A stretch of DNA of 64,000 nucleotides from Octopus vulgaris (taxonomy: Eukaryota): contig OX597815.1 in NCBI GenBank assembly GCA_951406725.2, positions 99,572,001 to 99,636,000 on the forward strand, read 5' to 3'. The notes below the pieces were generated by a model, which was given only the letters and a program-made list of their open reading frames with translations, ran no database searches and had not been told where the DNA came from. A program made the translations under genes and the position numbers. Below, piece by piece: positions 13,791-28,482 of the stretch; position 1 is the first letter of the stretch; every line of letters starts with the position of its first letter.

Positions 13791-14701
13791 ACAGAAAATA
13801 CGGTAAATGTTATGCTTAGAGTGTTTCGAAAACTATTAAAATAATTGTTTTACTTTATCATTCTAATCATCTTAAAGTGGTCTGCTTCAAATACTTGTAT
13901 ATGTTCTGTCTAGTATTTTGTTCTGTCGTGGATATATAAGTCGTATGAACTGGTTTTCAGTTCTTACTACATAGAATGTCCAGGTATTCAACTCTCGAAG
14001 GAGTATACCCCCCCAACACGTTTCATGAAGGTGTTTTCCTTTTTCTCTCTCATTTCAAATTATTTAAAAATTCAGTTTTTAGATTTTATACGTAAAGCCG
14101 AATATTAATATAAAGTTTTTATCCATTATCCGTTTTTAGTTTTGTGTTTGTTGTTGTTACTCCAGTGAAGGTTATTGCAATGCATATATTTATACCTACC
14201 TACCTACCTACCTACCTACCTACCAACCTACCTACCTACCTACATACATACATACATACATACATACATACATACATACATACATACATACATGTGTGTG
14301 TGTGTGTGTGTTTCTGTGCTTAAGCGCTCGTGTGTCTTGTCTCTAGATACTCATAAATGTTGTGACCTTCTCCTCTAATATCACATTTCTAGTGAACAGA
14401 TTGCTTGCTGTAGACCTTCCCAAGACGTACGTTGCAGACAAGACTCGGATTTATTTGTTTCACATGCACACACGTGCGAAAAAACACGAACGCCCACACA
14501 CGCACACACACTCACACCCACACACACACACACATGAATGTACATACATGAGTATGAATGAATGTATATATATATATATTACATATATTATTAAATTAAT
14601 ATAAATATATTATATATATATATATATTATAAAGAAGCCTGTCGTGTATATGTATATATATATTATATGCATACACATATTAGTGTGTGAGCATGCCTGT
14701 A

Positions 14702-14770
<69 letters not shown>

Positions 14771-15159
14771 TTGTGTGTGCATCCAAATAGTAAAGAACTG
14801 TGTATGTATGTGTGAGTATCTGTGCTTATATTATTTATCTTTTCTACTAAAAATATTTGTATTATTTAAACTCACATAGTAATTTTTTCTTTTTCGTTTT
14901 TACTATTTCTTTTTTTTTTCAGCTGCTGACAACGAAGATTCAAGAGAAAAGCAAGGGGACAGAGAGAAAAAAAGAACAGAGTGTAAGAATGAATAGTAAC
15001 ATAGGAATGGTAGGGATAATGACACACAGATACAGACAGAGAAATAAAAAATGAGAGAGAAAGGAGAGTCCTAGAGATGGTGGGTTGAAGACATTCAATG
15101 GTAAAGAACTCCAAGACGACAGTTTTATTTCAATTTGTTCAGTCCAACTGCGTGTCGAG

Positions 15160-15790
15160 TTGGGCAAGTGTCTTCTACTATAGCCTCGGGTCGACCAAAG
15201 CCTTGTGCATGGATTTCGTAGACGGAAACTGAAAGAAGCCGGTCGTGTAAATATATATATAAGTCAGTAAATGGTGAGGTTGTGTTAACCGCACGTGGAG
15301 AAATGTATATATGTATTATTATTTTTTTGTATATATGTATTATTATTTGCTTGAAAAAAAAAACATTGTAAGTTTCTTTTCTCCTTCCATATCTTGAAAA
15401 TTTGCCTTGCCGGTTTGATTTATTATTTTTTCTTTTTTAAGTTTACATACACCCATTTTTATTAAAATTTACTTTCAGTTTAGCATTCTGCCTTATAATT
15501 TTTCGTCTCCTACACACACACACACACAAAGATATATATATATATGTATATGTATGTATATGTATATATATATGTATATATATGTATATATATACACATA
15601 TGTTGCTATGTATATATATATACGATGTTGCTATGTTTATGCCCCCGAAACTTAGTGGCTTGTCAAAAGAGATCGATAAAATAAGTTCTAGGCTTACAAA
15701 GTATAAGTCCTGGGGTCGATTTCTTCAGCTGAAGTCGGTGCTCCAGCATGGCCGCAGTCAAATGACTGAAACGCGTAAAAGAATAAAACA
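15160..15790 (+). mobile_element. SINE family A split at its internal microsatellite
   Basis: 15160-15250 TTGGGCAAGTGTCTTCTACTATAGCCTCGGG..GAAAGAAGCC and 15627-15790 CTTAGTGGC..CAGCATGGCCGCAGTCAAATGACTGAAAC are separated by ~370 bp of unrelated and simple sequence. Confidence 0.75.
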
Positions 15791-15793
15791 GTA

Positions 15794-15884
<91 letters not shown>

Positions 15885-16439
15885 AAAGGTGGAAAAGTAA
15901 CACACGAGTTGATATGTATAAGGAAAATAGGACAAGGTAGAAAATGCTAAAATGCAGTTGAATGAGAAACCAACAAAACTCCTTGTAACACAAAAGATGA
16001 ACTGGAGGCAAGCATTATGGCAACTTTCATCAACTTAAACCGTCGATAAGAGTTTCAGAGGACCCGAAGTTGTCTGGACGCCGTCGTTGAAACCAATGAC
16101 GATTTTATTGAAAATATTTACTCTTTAGTATTTCAAAACATTTTAATGTAATTTTGGTAAATATATTTGTTAAAAAGGGATGTCACTGTTATTTTCATTT
16201 TTGCGTAATTTAGACTATATATATGTACACACACACATATATATATATATACATACATACACACACACGTTTTATTCTTTTATGTTTCACCCCTAAAGCT
16301 GTAACCATGCTTTGTGATAACCTTTACAACGATCAATTTCTATGTGAATTTGGTGAGGGAAGGAGTTCGACACTGCTGCCCTCTATTCAGCCTCCTCCCT
16401 TGATATTGGTTCGTTTGGGACTTTGGATAATTAGAGGTC

Positions 16440-16734
16440 GCTTTGTTTCTTGAAAACATCTACTCCCACTCCATGAAGATCCCTCAGATATTTTGGTAAG
16501 GCGTTAAATAGCTGTGAGCCCTTGAATCCCAAACTATTGAAGTACATGGTCCCCATTGACGTCCAGCGACGTCTAGTATAGCACTCAAATCCGAAGATTT
16601 GGTTTAAGACCATGCAATATCTTCCATACATATACAATTGCATACCTCTCCGGTTTTCGTTCCAGGATGTAGAGTCGTATCTCTTTCAGTCTCTCCCAGT
16701 AGCTCAGCTGTTCCATTGATGCAATCTTCGTTGG

Positions 16735-16736
<2 letters not shown>
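16440..16736 (-). mobile_element. CR1/L2-group LINE ORF2 C-terminal fragment
   Basis: The minus strand translates [41 protein letters not shown] and, after a frameshift, NSLGFKGSQLFNALPKYLRDLHGVGVDVFK. These match the post-RT motifs of CR1/L2-type LINEs. Confidence 0.8.
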
Positions 16737-16790
<54 letters not shown>

Positions 16791-17439
16791 AGAGAGAGAG
16801 ATGGGTATATGTATGTACATTTGTATATAGGCATATATATGTACGTACGTATGTATTATATCAGGATCACATGCTCTATACTTGTAATAACAACAACAAA
16901 CAATGAAAACAGTTGTAACAGCAAGTTCAATCACAACAACCATAACAAACTAAAGTCAACGTCAGCAAGAAAAAAAAGCAAATAAAAACATTAAGAAGAA
17001 CAGCTATCAACATAGAAACTAATATAACACGATAAAGGATTACGATATCCCTGTGAGGATTAAATCAAGGATAAAGACTGTGATGTGTCACATGGACATC
17101 TCAGCAAAGTCGCTATAAACAGTGAAGTAGCGAGATCAATGTACAGTTATTCAAATGCACATATGAATATATGTAGATCCGCATATGCGCGCAAGCTTCC
17201 ACATATTTAGTTACATGCACACACACACACACACACACATATATATACACACGCGCACACACATATACACACACACACATGACATAATACAGACGCGAGC
17301 TCCAAGAAACACACTCATGCATAGATATATACACGCATATATAAACACACAATAGACAAAATTAATATGTATACATGTATTTATATATATATTTATTTAT
17401 TTATTTAAGCATATAAATTGTGTGTGTACATATACATAC

Positions 17440-17524
<85 letters not shown>

Positions 17525-17742
17525 TGTATTCATGGATGTATATAAATAGATGAATTCTATGTATATGCATACATATATATATGTACATGTATATATATAT
17601 ATACAAATATATTTATGCATACATAGTTTATATATTTATGCATGTATGTATCTGCATATATATATATATATACACATATACATAATAGATAAATACAATA
17701 ATGCATAGATGAGTATCAATAACCCCAAACATACATATACGA

Positions 17743-17799
<57 letters not shown>

Positions 17800-18006
17800 A
17801 ATATATATATGTTTATGTATATATCCATGTCTGTGTTTGTGTAGGTGTGTAAGCATGTGTGTGAGTGTGTGCACTTAGATTTGTTCGTGCAGTCAGTAAC
17901 AGGGGTCTTGCAGATACACGTGCGTGCACTCAGCTTTGGTGGATTAAAAGGAAGCAGATAGAGCCAGAAAGAAAGAGAAAAAGACAACACAGAGAGAAAG
18001 AAAGTA

Positions 18007-18068
<62 letters not shown>

Positions 18069-18416
18069 GGTAGATTTTATGATCCAGTAGATTGTGCCTT
18101 CTTATTCGCGAGTATCTATAGTGAACGTAGAAATCCATTACCTATATATATGTATTTCTATACACGCACACACACATACACACGCACGCACAGAGACACA
18201 GACACACACGCGTGCGCAGAGAGACAACCACGCATACACATGCACACACATACATATATATACATACATGCATACATAAATACATACAGATATATATATA
18301 CATACATATATATAATATTTATACACTTCTATGCACACGCGTATACACGACAGTATTTGCCTACGTACACATATATCCACACAAACAGCATACGAAGCTA
18401 TAACACTCACACGCAC

Positions 18417-18476
<60 letters not shown>

Positions 18477-18679
18477 GCACATTAACACAAACACATATAA
18501 GCATATCAGTGTAAATGTATGTCCTTTTATATACACAGCTGTCTGTGTTTGTCCCAGTATGTCTGCGTGTGCATGTGCATATGAAGATGTACGTATTGGT
18601 GGGCGTACGTGTATATACATATCTTTGTTTGTGCATGTGCGCACACGCGTGTGAGTGTGCGTCTATGATCTATTTATTC

Positions 18680-19005
18680 TCCATCACAGCAGGTTTCGCT
18701 CTCTCTGCTGCCTCTTCATTAACCGTATATGACCTCTCCCGTCAGGTTTTGATTATAAAAACCTTTTGTTGTGGATATCAATCACAGTGAATGGCCGTTG
18801 GTCACCAGTTGCGAATCGGATCAAAAGTCAATCTCTCCCCGGTGCCATATTTAATGAAAGATTGCCGTAAAGCAATTTCTACCGGTAATTTAAACGCAGT
18901 AACGGACGAAACAAATGACGTATTTATCGCGTAATAAAGAAACACTGCTGTAGCCACGTTTCCCCATTGGGAGATGTCACTTGTCAACCATTTTGATCTC
19001 GATAG
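18680..19005. promoter_or_regulatory. CpG-rich unique island; candidate enhancer
   Basis: Non-repetitive, CpG-retaining sequence with clustered motifs resembling homeodomain, PBX and TCF sites (ATCAATCA, GATCAAAAG, TTTAATGA, GTAATAAA). Function is inferred only. Confidence 0.35.
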
Positions 19006-19922
19006 AAATAAAGGATAAATTTATAAGAATTTTTCCTTACCTTATGCTTTGGCTTTTCTTATCACTACTATCTTTTAAATAATCTTTTGTGATGTTGTGT
19101 GCATGCATGTATGTATGTGTTTGTATGTGTTATTTTTTCCTTTACTTTTTCGTTCTTTTAAAATATTAGTCTCTATTCTTCACATATATTCTTACTCCGC
19201 ATTTAAAGAAATGTTATTGTCCTTTCTTGGAATATAATATTCCAGATTGAATCCATGTCCCCATAATTAAATAGACGCACACACATATGTAAGCATGTGT
19301 GTGTTTGCTTTATAGGCATACATATTTTCTGCATCTATATACACAAATGCATAGATATATATGTATATGTCGCGTAGGGTGTTAATGGCATGACCTTCTT
19401 GGTGTTCGTCTTCATAATTGTAAAATATTGGCAACCATTTGCATATAAGTGAAGGTCTGTGTACTGATTATGTGCAGTATATTGCCAAAATGGCAACAGC
19501 TTTCTTCGTTTAAGTGTCCAAGTGTCCTAAACGAGGAACTTCCAAAGATTTGTGATATCTGCAGTGAAACAACATACACACATACGTGCAAATGTGCACA
19601 TCTATCTATCTATACACAAATACACACTCATATATATATATATATGTGTGTGTGATCTAGAGAATCAAACTGCTAATGTCGAATCGAGAGACACGCTGCC
19701 AAACATAAATTCTATGTATAGCCATTTATTCCAATAAACATACCCCTGTACATATATACGTGCAAATAATGTTTTACTTTGAGATTTATTTAAGTTGTTA
19801 TTCACAAAAATCAAGCTGGTCATTATTAATGTGACATTGCTATTTTTTTATTTTGAGTCGTGAGACCTCCGTTATTTGCGATTACATAAGTTGATAAGTT
19901 CATACAAGTAAGTTTATGTGAG

Positions 19923-20032
<110 letters not shown>

Positions 20033-21489
20033 TGCGTTGATGTGGTGGGTGTACATGCCGCTTAGTACATGGTTGTGTATGATTATGTTTTGGATTTAGA
20101 GAGTGCGAGCCACGTAGAATATAAGAACAAATGTCACGGTTGCAATAATTACATTAGGTGTGCTTTATAATAATTGACCTGGCGTTTAAAGAGATGACAA
20201 TTATTCCGTGGTGAGTACTCGCACACACATACACACACACACACACATACACATGTATATATATGTATGCATGTAAGTGTATATATACACATGTATGTAT
20301 GTGTGTGTTTATATATATGTTCGCCTGTATATATGTATAAACGTACATATGTGCATATGCACATGTACATATGTATATATGGTGAGTAATTCATTGTATG
20401 TCCCAAAAGGGATGGATCCTAGAAATAAAGACAGAGTATTTGCGTGGACGTCAAGACGTTAGATTCTATACTGCAGGGTATCCAGGCTAGTATCTTGCAG
20501 CTAACTCTTCTCGTGTATCTCATCGGATTCCATGCGACCTCCCATCCTTTTTCTGTAATTAATAAACATGAAAATGACTAACCAAGTCTTTGATCTACAA
20601 ACCCACGCAACTGTGTCACACCTACATACATATTAACTAAATTGTGCGCCTATGGGTTCTCAGCATTTGTCATCACTTTCGAGTGGACCTTTCCTCTGAG
20701 ATTCTTGTTATGAACCTTCCATTAACTCATGTGTGCTCTAGGGTTCGGTCACGTTATATCTCACTTCACGTATTCTACTGGCATACATTAAAATAAAAAG
20801 GTCTTCCATATGATACATCTTGAATCATAGGCTTACTGCAGTCTCTAGGCTACCATTCGGCTCTGTCGAAGTTTGTCTTCATTTTTTTCTCTTCTGTGGT
20901 TTCTGCCTCACTTTCTACTCGACGGAATTATCAAGTTATTTATCATTTACACAGAATCTTAGCTTCTCACCGTGTTTTGAAGCTCACAAGATAGCAAATA
21001 TTCACAAAATGTGGTCAACCTGCAACAGTGTTATCGACGCATATCCAAATGGTCCTCAGTAGCTTCCAGCTTTCCTGGAATATTCGATCCCAAGTAAACT
21101 AGCAATCTTCGCGTGCCGAATTATGTTTAGTATATTTCTTCTCTAATAAAATTTCGCATATAATAAATTAAATTATTATGAAACGGAGGAACAAAGCCTT
21201 CAATCGTTCCAGGTCTTTTCAAATGGTTATACTAAATACTTTGCGAAACCATTCCTTTTATGAACTGAAACATCCTCCTTGTCGAAGTTCTACATAGGAA
21301 AACGAAGCCGAAATCGTCCTCATCAATTTCACTTGCTTTGCTGGTTGTTCCCCGAAAATTTTGCAAACTTTCCATCTATTTATTTATTCATTTATTTATT
21401 CTTTGTTGCCTTCTGCAAAATATAAAGAAATAAAATTTACAATATAAAGAAAAAGTTTTTCCTTTCCCTCCAAAATTCAAAAGAGAGAA

Positions 21490-21885
21490 TCTTTTCTTCT
21501 CTAGGCACAAGCCCCAAAATTTTGGGGGTAGGGAGCCAGTCAATTAGATCGACCCCAGAACGCAACTGGTACTTAATTTATTGACCCCGAAAGGATGAAA
21601 GTCAAAGTTGACCTCGGAGGAATTTGAACTCAGAACGTAAAGACAGACGAAATACCTAATTCTTTACAACCCACAAGGGGTTAAACACAGAGAAGACAAA
21701 CAAGGACAGACAAACGGATTAAGTCGATTATATCGATCCCAGTGCGTAACTGGTACTTATTTAATCGACCCCGAAAGGATGAAAGGCAAAGTCGACCTCG
21801 GCAGAATTTGAAATCAGAGCGTAACAGCAGACGAAATACCGCTGAGCATTTCGTCCGGCGCGCTAACGATTCTGCCAGCTCGCCG
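21490..21885 (-). mobile_element. SINE family B dimer with variant tail on the second unit
   Basis: Full unit 21885-21657 plus a truncated unit starting GTATTTCGTCTG and ending in the alternative ...CTTGTGCCTAGAG tail. Confidence 0.9.
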
Positions 21886-22932
21886 ATTTTAATTCAATGG
21901 CGAGAATAATAGAAATTATCTTCAACAGACATTTGAGATAAAATATATTACCTGTTCTAAGTCACTAAAATATATTTTGTTATAAATGAAAATCACATAT
22001 AAGCATAATTTATAGTAGTAGCAACAATTATATGCAAGTCGACAGCATTTATTTTGTTAATATGATGTTTTGAGTCTAATTTTACTTCATGGATATACAT
22101 TTTGCCGAGAACTGCATTCGTATAGGCCATTAATATTTATTAAAAAATTTCATCCAGGGAAATATCATGATGTGGAATAAATCATTTATAAATTAGTTAT
22201 TCACGAGAATCATACTAATAAAGTAAGTGTGTCTGGGATCAATATGTTGATATTTCGGGTTCTAATATAATTTTTCCTGGAATTTAAATTGATGGTCAAT
22301 TGAAGGGAGTGTCTTGTAAATCTAACACATTGTCCACTTGGGTTGAAGAGAAAGCTTACTATTTGCTTTGTGCAATTTCATGCCTTTTGTTTTGTTTTGT
22401 TTTTAGTCGATCATTTATCTTGTTTGTAATTTTACCGAATATATTTCAGGAATGGATAAAATATCTTTGTAAAATAGAATCTCCACAAAGAATGTAAAAT
22501 ATGTCTTAGTAAACATTTCCTTCTCATGCTTGCATTTGAATCTGCAGGGTTATAGGTTAAGCTTCATTTTCATTCTACAGCAAATACTGATTTCTTTAAT
22601 TCCATATCGTCTACTAACTTAACGTAAGATATTTTCCTCTGCTATCATATTCTTCAAAGCATTTAAGCAATTTATTAATATAGCTTTCTGACACTTTCAG
22701 CCACTTGATATTCCTTTCTGGTCGTTACACTTTTTCAGATATATTGTAATTTATCGAGTACATCATTTTCTTTCTAAAGCATGATAATGGATTTAACACT
22801 CTGATACCTTTCCAACCTTATCATTTAAGGTCTAACGAAGATAGCTCTTTTATCATTTAACCTTTTATTTTTTACAATTTAGTTTCTGTTTTAATTCATG
22901 TATATATTTATCTCTCACCAGAAGGAGTACTT

Positions 22933-22986
<54 letters not shown>

Positions 22987-23058
22987 CACATACATATATA
23001 TGGTGGTTGTCTACTCCTTATGCAGAGTTTGACCACCTCCTGTACCTATACCAGAACT

Positions 23059-23424
23059 ATCATGGCATCTGATGTGGCTCTTTAAACCGGACGTTTTGAA
23101 AAGACACCCACATAGATTGCATATCCGATTTGCATCACCAAGAGCTGCAGTTAAGTTCTATTCTTTCTGGGTCTTGAAATGTCTTTTGAGGCCTCTATTA
23201 AATTTGCAAACCTTATGGCATACTTTGCATTGAAAGGTTTACACAGACATATATGTAGAATAGTTGGTGCACTTACGTTTTCCATGGGTAATCAAATGAG
23301 ATTTGAGCCCAGCAAAAGAAAGGCATGGTCCGTTACAAACTGTGATTCACTCTTCTTTAAATCTTTCTTGAGACTTGTATACGTTATCCTGGCCTCTTCA
23401 AATGGTTTCACTCCACTCCACATT
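23059..23424 (-). mobile_element. RTE-type LINE 3' fragment with three C2H2 zinc-finger-like motifs (pseudogenised)
   Basis: The minus strand reads GVKPFEEARITYTSLKKDLKK, then in a shifted frame VCNGPCLSFAGLKSHLITH...*TFQCKVCHKVCKFNRGLKRHFKTQKE*...RICNLCGCLFKTSGLKSHIRCH. Confidence 0.7.
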
Positions 23425-23560
23425 TTTGCGTAGCTTCGTTGGATTACTTCGAGTACCGCCGTTAATTTTATACTATATGGTGACCATAGTTGGGAACAGT
23501 AGTGCAAGCGGCTGAGGATATACACCTTCCAAAGGGCCATCATTGTCTCCTTTTTCTCTC
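23425..23560 (-). mobile_element. CR1/L2-group LINE ORF2 fragment
   Basis: MMALWKVYILSRLHYCSQLWSPYSIKLTAVLEVIQRSYAK resembles the conserved (L)RP.LEY.S.VWSP...LE.VQR motif downstream of the RT core. Confidence 0.75.
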
Positions 23561-23588
23561 ATAATATATACATATATATATATATATG

Positions 23589-23881
23589 TACTCTTTTCTT
23601 TTACTCTTTTATTTGTTTCAGTCATTTGATTATGGCCATGCTGGAGCACCGCCTTTAGTCGAGGAAATCGGCCCCAGCACTTATTTTTGTAAGCCTAGTA
23701 CTTATTCTATCGGTCTTTTTTGCCGAATCGCTAAGTTACAGGGACATAAACACACCAGCATCGGTTGTCAAGCGATGTTGGGCTATAGTAGAAGACACTT
23801 GCCCAAGGTGCCACGCAGTGGGACTGAACCCGGAACTATGTGGTTGGTAAGCAGGCTACTTACCACACAGCCACTCCTACG

Positions 23882-23884
<3 letters not shown>
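23589..23884 (-). mobile_element. SINE family A with internal deletion
   Basis: Reverse complement of the family A head (AGGCGTAGGAGTGGCTGTGTGGTAAG..GGTTCAGTCCC) and tail, lacking the central microsatellite segment. Confidence 0.9.
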
Positions 23885-23929
<45 letters not shown>

Positions 23930-25717
23930 GGAAAACTATAATTGTCATTAGATGCGACTAAGAGTGTCAGAACACCTACATTGCTAGAAATAAGAGCTAA
24001 AATGCATTAATGCTGTAGTTAAAGAAAATAATTGTATACATATATGCTGACAGAGACTGTAATCATCATGAACACTTCCTGAGACTATACGATAAGTAGT
24101 AAGAAGTAGCCTTAGAAATCATTGTCATCAGATTAGTGGCATAGGCTACACAAGCAGATAACATAATATAGTTTTCGTTGAAATTAGCAAAATGTATAAG
24201 CACAAAAAATGCATACTTATGTTCTGGATATGTTTTACTGGAATGTGTTCAAATCCAGCTTTCGCTGATTTTCCCCTTTTCATAAAAATGCCGCATCGCA
24301 TTGTATTATTTTTGTCCAAATTTTATCATTTACTTATTTTCTTCAGAAGCAAACACAAAAACACAAAAGAAAACTAATAACAACAAACAAAATATAACTG
24401 ATTTTTGTGCTCAGAGAAATTAAATCATTATTTATAGAAGATTATTTGCAATTTTCTTCGCTTTATTCAATATTCATTTACACTTCACGAAATAGCAACT
24501 TATACGCAGAACATATGGTTGTGAAGAAAACAAACACAAAACATAGGAAAGAGAGAAAGCAAGCATCAAATCAAATTCACTAATGAAACAAGGGAAAATA
24601 GCCAAAGAAATCACGTTGAAATTCCCGAGAGGAAAATGAATATTAATTCCGACAATTACAGAGTAAAGTGTCAAATTACTTCCAGTTCCAGTTACGTTAC
24701 TAATAACTGGAGGTTATATTACCGGTTCTCTCTCTACATTGCAGCTCTCGCTTTCCTTCAATCCCAATGTATATTTAGCTGTTCATGAAGTAAGCTAGGT
24801 GTGTGTCTATAGTGATAACGCAAGTATGTGTGAGTGTGTGTGTGCAAATGTGTATGAACAATTGTATGTTTCTCAGTGAATGTGAAAATATTGTTGAAGA
24901 TTCCATGTTCAAACGAATTCTTAGTTTATGTAAACTTAAACACGCACTCACATACACACGCTTGTATTCACGCCTATAGACACTAATACTTGTACACTTA
25001 TATATGTCTGTAAAGAATACCGTTGCGTGTACGTATATGTCTGTATGTTGGTGTATCTATGTCTCCTTGCACATATGAACACACATATACCAACATCTAT
25101 TTTCATGCCATTTACAAACACAAATGAATATATGCGCATCCGTGTGAGGGTACGTGCGTGTGCATTTTGCGTTTGTGCGTGTATGAGTGTGCATGTATGG
25201 TCGGAGGTCGTGTCCATGTGTGACTGTACATTTGAGGAAGCAGAAGTAGAAAGACACATAGACATATATTGTGTACAAATAAATACATATATATATATAT
25301 ATATATATATATGCGCACATATGTATTTACTAAAAGAACTATAGTCCAATAGCATAGCAAAAGGTATCAGGAAATATGTAACACGTTTTCCTGGAATGCA
25401 ATACCTAGCAGATTCGAGTTCTAACGACAAATGTAAGCTACGTAAAATCAAAACTGAACACAGTATCCACAACATGCCAAATGCAGCAGAATTTCTTAGA
25501 AATATTACCTTGTCATGTCGGATGCTGCGATATCCAGTGATCCTTGAAGTAGAATAAGAAAAAGGAAACACACAATAAACAAGAAATTTGAGACTGAATA
25601 TATTTTTTAATGTTTCAGGAATTTTCAAATATAAACAGAAATTAGATTAAAAGTCCACCGATTTCATATTACTTGACACCACAAATTTATAAGATATCTT
25701 TTCATAGTAGTCAGCTG

Positions 25718-25810
<93 letters not shown>

Positions 25811-25829
25811 CGTGCGTTTTTACATTTAC

Positions 25830-26160
25830 CGGCCAGATTCCCAAGCGTGATCAAATGGAACAATAGATATTATCCAACCATCCTGTTATAGGTCTACCCT
25901 TAGGTCTCCTGTCAAATGTTTCAGCTTGAAAAAATCTACCTACCGGATTATACGTTCCTGCGGTATTCTCTAAGAGAATGGCATCTATGTACAACTGATG
26001 AGAAATTCACATATACCGTTTCCAAAATATAGCTACTGATTTATAACCATTATCATTAGAAGTTCGACTACCACATTTTTAAATCTTTAATAATCCTAAT
26101 TATGTCTGGTCTGTTATACTTACACTTTTCAGAAGTTTTAGTAGAAATATTCCCCCAAAA
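25830..26160 (-). mobile_element. degraded RTE-like LINE fragment
   Basis: The minus strand gives RRPKGRPITGWLDNI, similar to the RTE GRP..RW.D motif. The rest is heavily decayed. Confidence 0.45.
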
Positions 26161-26879
26161 TATTTTCATATTGTTGAGTATGACTTTCAAACCGCTTTAC
26201 CTGCTATGTTTTCATAGCAGGTATAATATTTGTATAATATTTTAAACTCACATATACTTAATAATATAATGAAATTTAGGGACATCCGCTTATCATGTGC
26301 GTCACAACTTCGGTGTAAATTTTGCAAATTTCTCTCGGTTGTTAAATTCAGGTGTTTTACCGGCACCGCTACACTATTTGTTGGCATACAAATTAATTTT
26401 TCTGATTTTCTAATTGTCACTCCAAAACTTTTGAAATAAGTTAGTCATGCATGAGACTGGGGACATGTTTCCAGAATTGCAGAATGGATACTGCCTGCAA
26501 AAACTCATAAGGTTGTAAAGATCAGTGACTGGTCATCCAAGTAATGACGAAAGGTTGCAATAGAAGAATGATCTAAATATAACATGGATTCACTGTCATT
26601 TTGTAGTTCTCTACACATGAATCATAGAAACACTAGCAATGAATAAGGTAGCACCAGTAATAAGAAGATACATAAAACACGTAACGAGTAAATAGGAAGT
26701 ACATTTTAGGGAAAATACTCAAAGTCGACTACCTTTCTCTGTTCTTTTTCTGTCTGGTACTGACAGCGTTAAGCAGTTGAACAGGATTGGACTCCGATAT
26801 AGAGGCAGTAATAAGAGAGTTACAGATCTTATGCATATGCAAGAACTCATGCTACAAATGATTAACACTAGAAACTCTA

Positions 26880-28100
26880 CTGGATTTAACTCAGAAATTA
26901 ATATGGGGCTCAGATTAGAAAAATGCGTCGTTATTCTTGAAGAATGGAAAATTACATTTAATAAAACTAACCCCATGAGACTGATTGAAGAGAATTAGAC
27001 CAAACTGAAACAAAGGAATGAGACCATACGAATATTCAGAAATCAGGCTGTGCGCAATGCACACAGCAGAAAGAGAAGTACAAACAGGAATATTATATGT
27101 TAAGATTATATCAATATTTACTATACAATTAAATGCCAAATATGTTATAGTTATTCTGAAAATGGAATTTAAATGAACTAATATGATTAATCAGAAAATA
27201 AGAAAACTAGTTACTACGTTTATAATAAACAAGCAAATATCTGACAAAATAACGCTATATTTACTATCCAACTAGAGATCTATTGTATAATATTCATCAT
27301 AGGGTTACATAAGCATCTAATAAAGAAAGATGGAAAATTAATAGCAATTTCTATGAAAGATGTACGAAATATATATATATGAAAACCTATTTTCTGTTTT
27401 CAAGGTAGCTATTATTACAAAACTGATTGAAATAACAGAGTTACGAAGTAAGAAAAGAAGCAAAAAACAGAAATTGTGAAAAACCTAAATTTTAAGCTAG
27501 AAATTAGTCTTCAGAAGGCTATGATAAAGTGATGGCAATATCTATGAAAAGATATTTTGAAGTAACCGTGTGAAAGTAGATGAGGAAAAATTGCACACAT
27601 GCTGACAAGCGCAAGACTTCCAGAGTGAAGATTTTTTCAATTACGAAAAAGCCTAAGTCTTCAAATAACAAACTACCAAATCTTTATAATAAAAGAGAAC
27701 TTAGTAAGTAGTAACCAAATAATAGATTAGATACAGACAAGCAATTAGATCTGAAACAAAAGTAGCGATGTCTTGGCCACAATCATCTGGTACATGCTTA
27801 TCTAAGCTAACAATGAGATCAAGGCAAACCGGAGATATAATAAGCAAGAACGGGAAAAATATATGTTCTCGTATAAATAACGAAATCCTTTCTGATCAAG
27901 TTTTTGTTGTGATGGAAGCGTTGAAACTACCAAGGATCAAGGCTCTGCATGTTGAAATAAATAGAATAATGGGAATGAGATATAATAGAACCAATAGCCA
28001 CTGGACTACCAATCACGCACGTATAAAACACAAGCATCTCCTCCTTCAAAATGAGAGTTTATATTGCATACACACACACTCTATACAACAGATGGAATAC
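26880..28100 (+). mobile_element. very degraded R4/Dong-like LINE
   Basis: Scattered in-order motifs EINMGLRLEKCV (cf. DIGM.FGLDKC), NQKIRKLVT and SDKITLYL parallel the better copy at 49475-51330. Many stops and frameshifts. Confidence 0.45.
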
Positions 28101-28446
28101 TAAAATAATACCAGAAACAACAAACCATAACCTGTAATTATGCAAAAGTGATTCAATATTCAAATACAATTTTACTTTTCTTAAAAGACAACCCTGCATG
28201 CACATCATATAGTAATGATGCAGTAGAAATTTTCAAAAGAAATTGTTGAAACCATGGTGATAATAATAGCAGCAGTTATAATGATAATATATACATGGTA
28301 GTTTAGTAAAATCAAAGATGTATCATGTTGAGGAGTATAGGATGAAGTACCTAGTGTAAGATCTAGGGAAATTTGACTCTAAACATTCTAATTAACAAAA
28401 CCTTAAATATGCATTATAATAACGAAAGCGAAAATATTTTTAATTT

Positions 28447-28482
<36 letters not shown>

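Noticed and set aside
24948-25628. 226-aa minus-strand ORF
   Set aside because: It runs through simple repeats and has no recognisable motif. The equally long 50998-51678 ORF is antisense SINE plus microsatellite.
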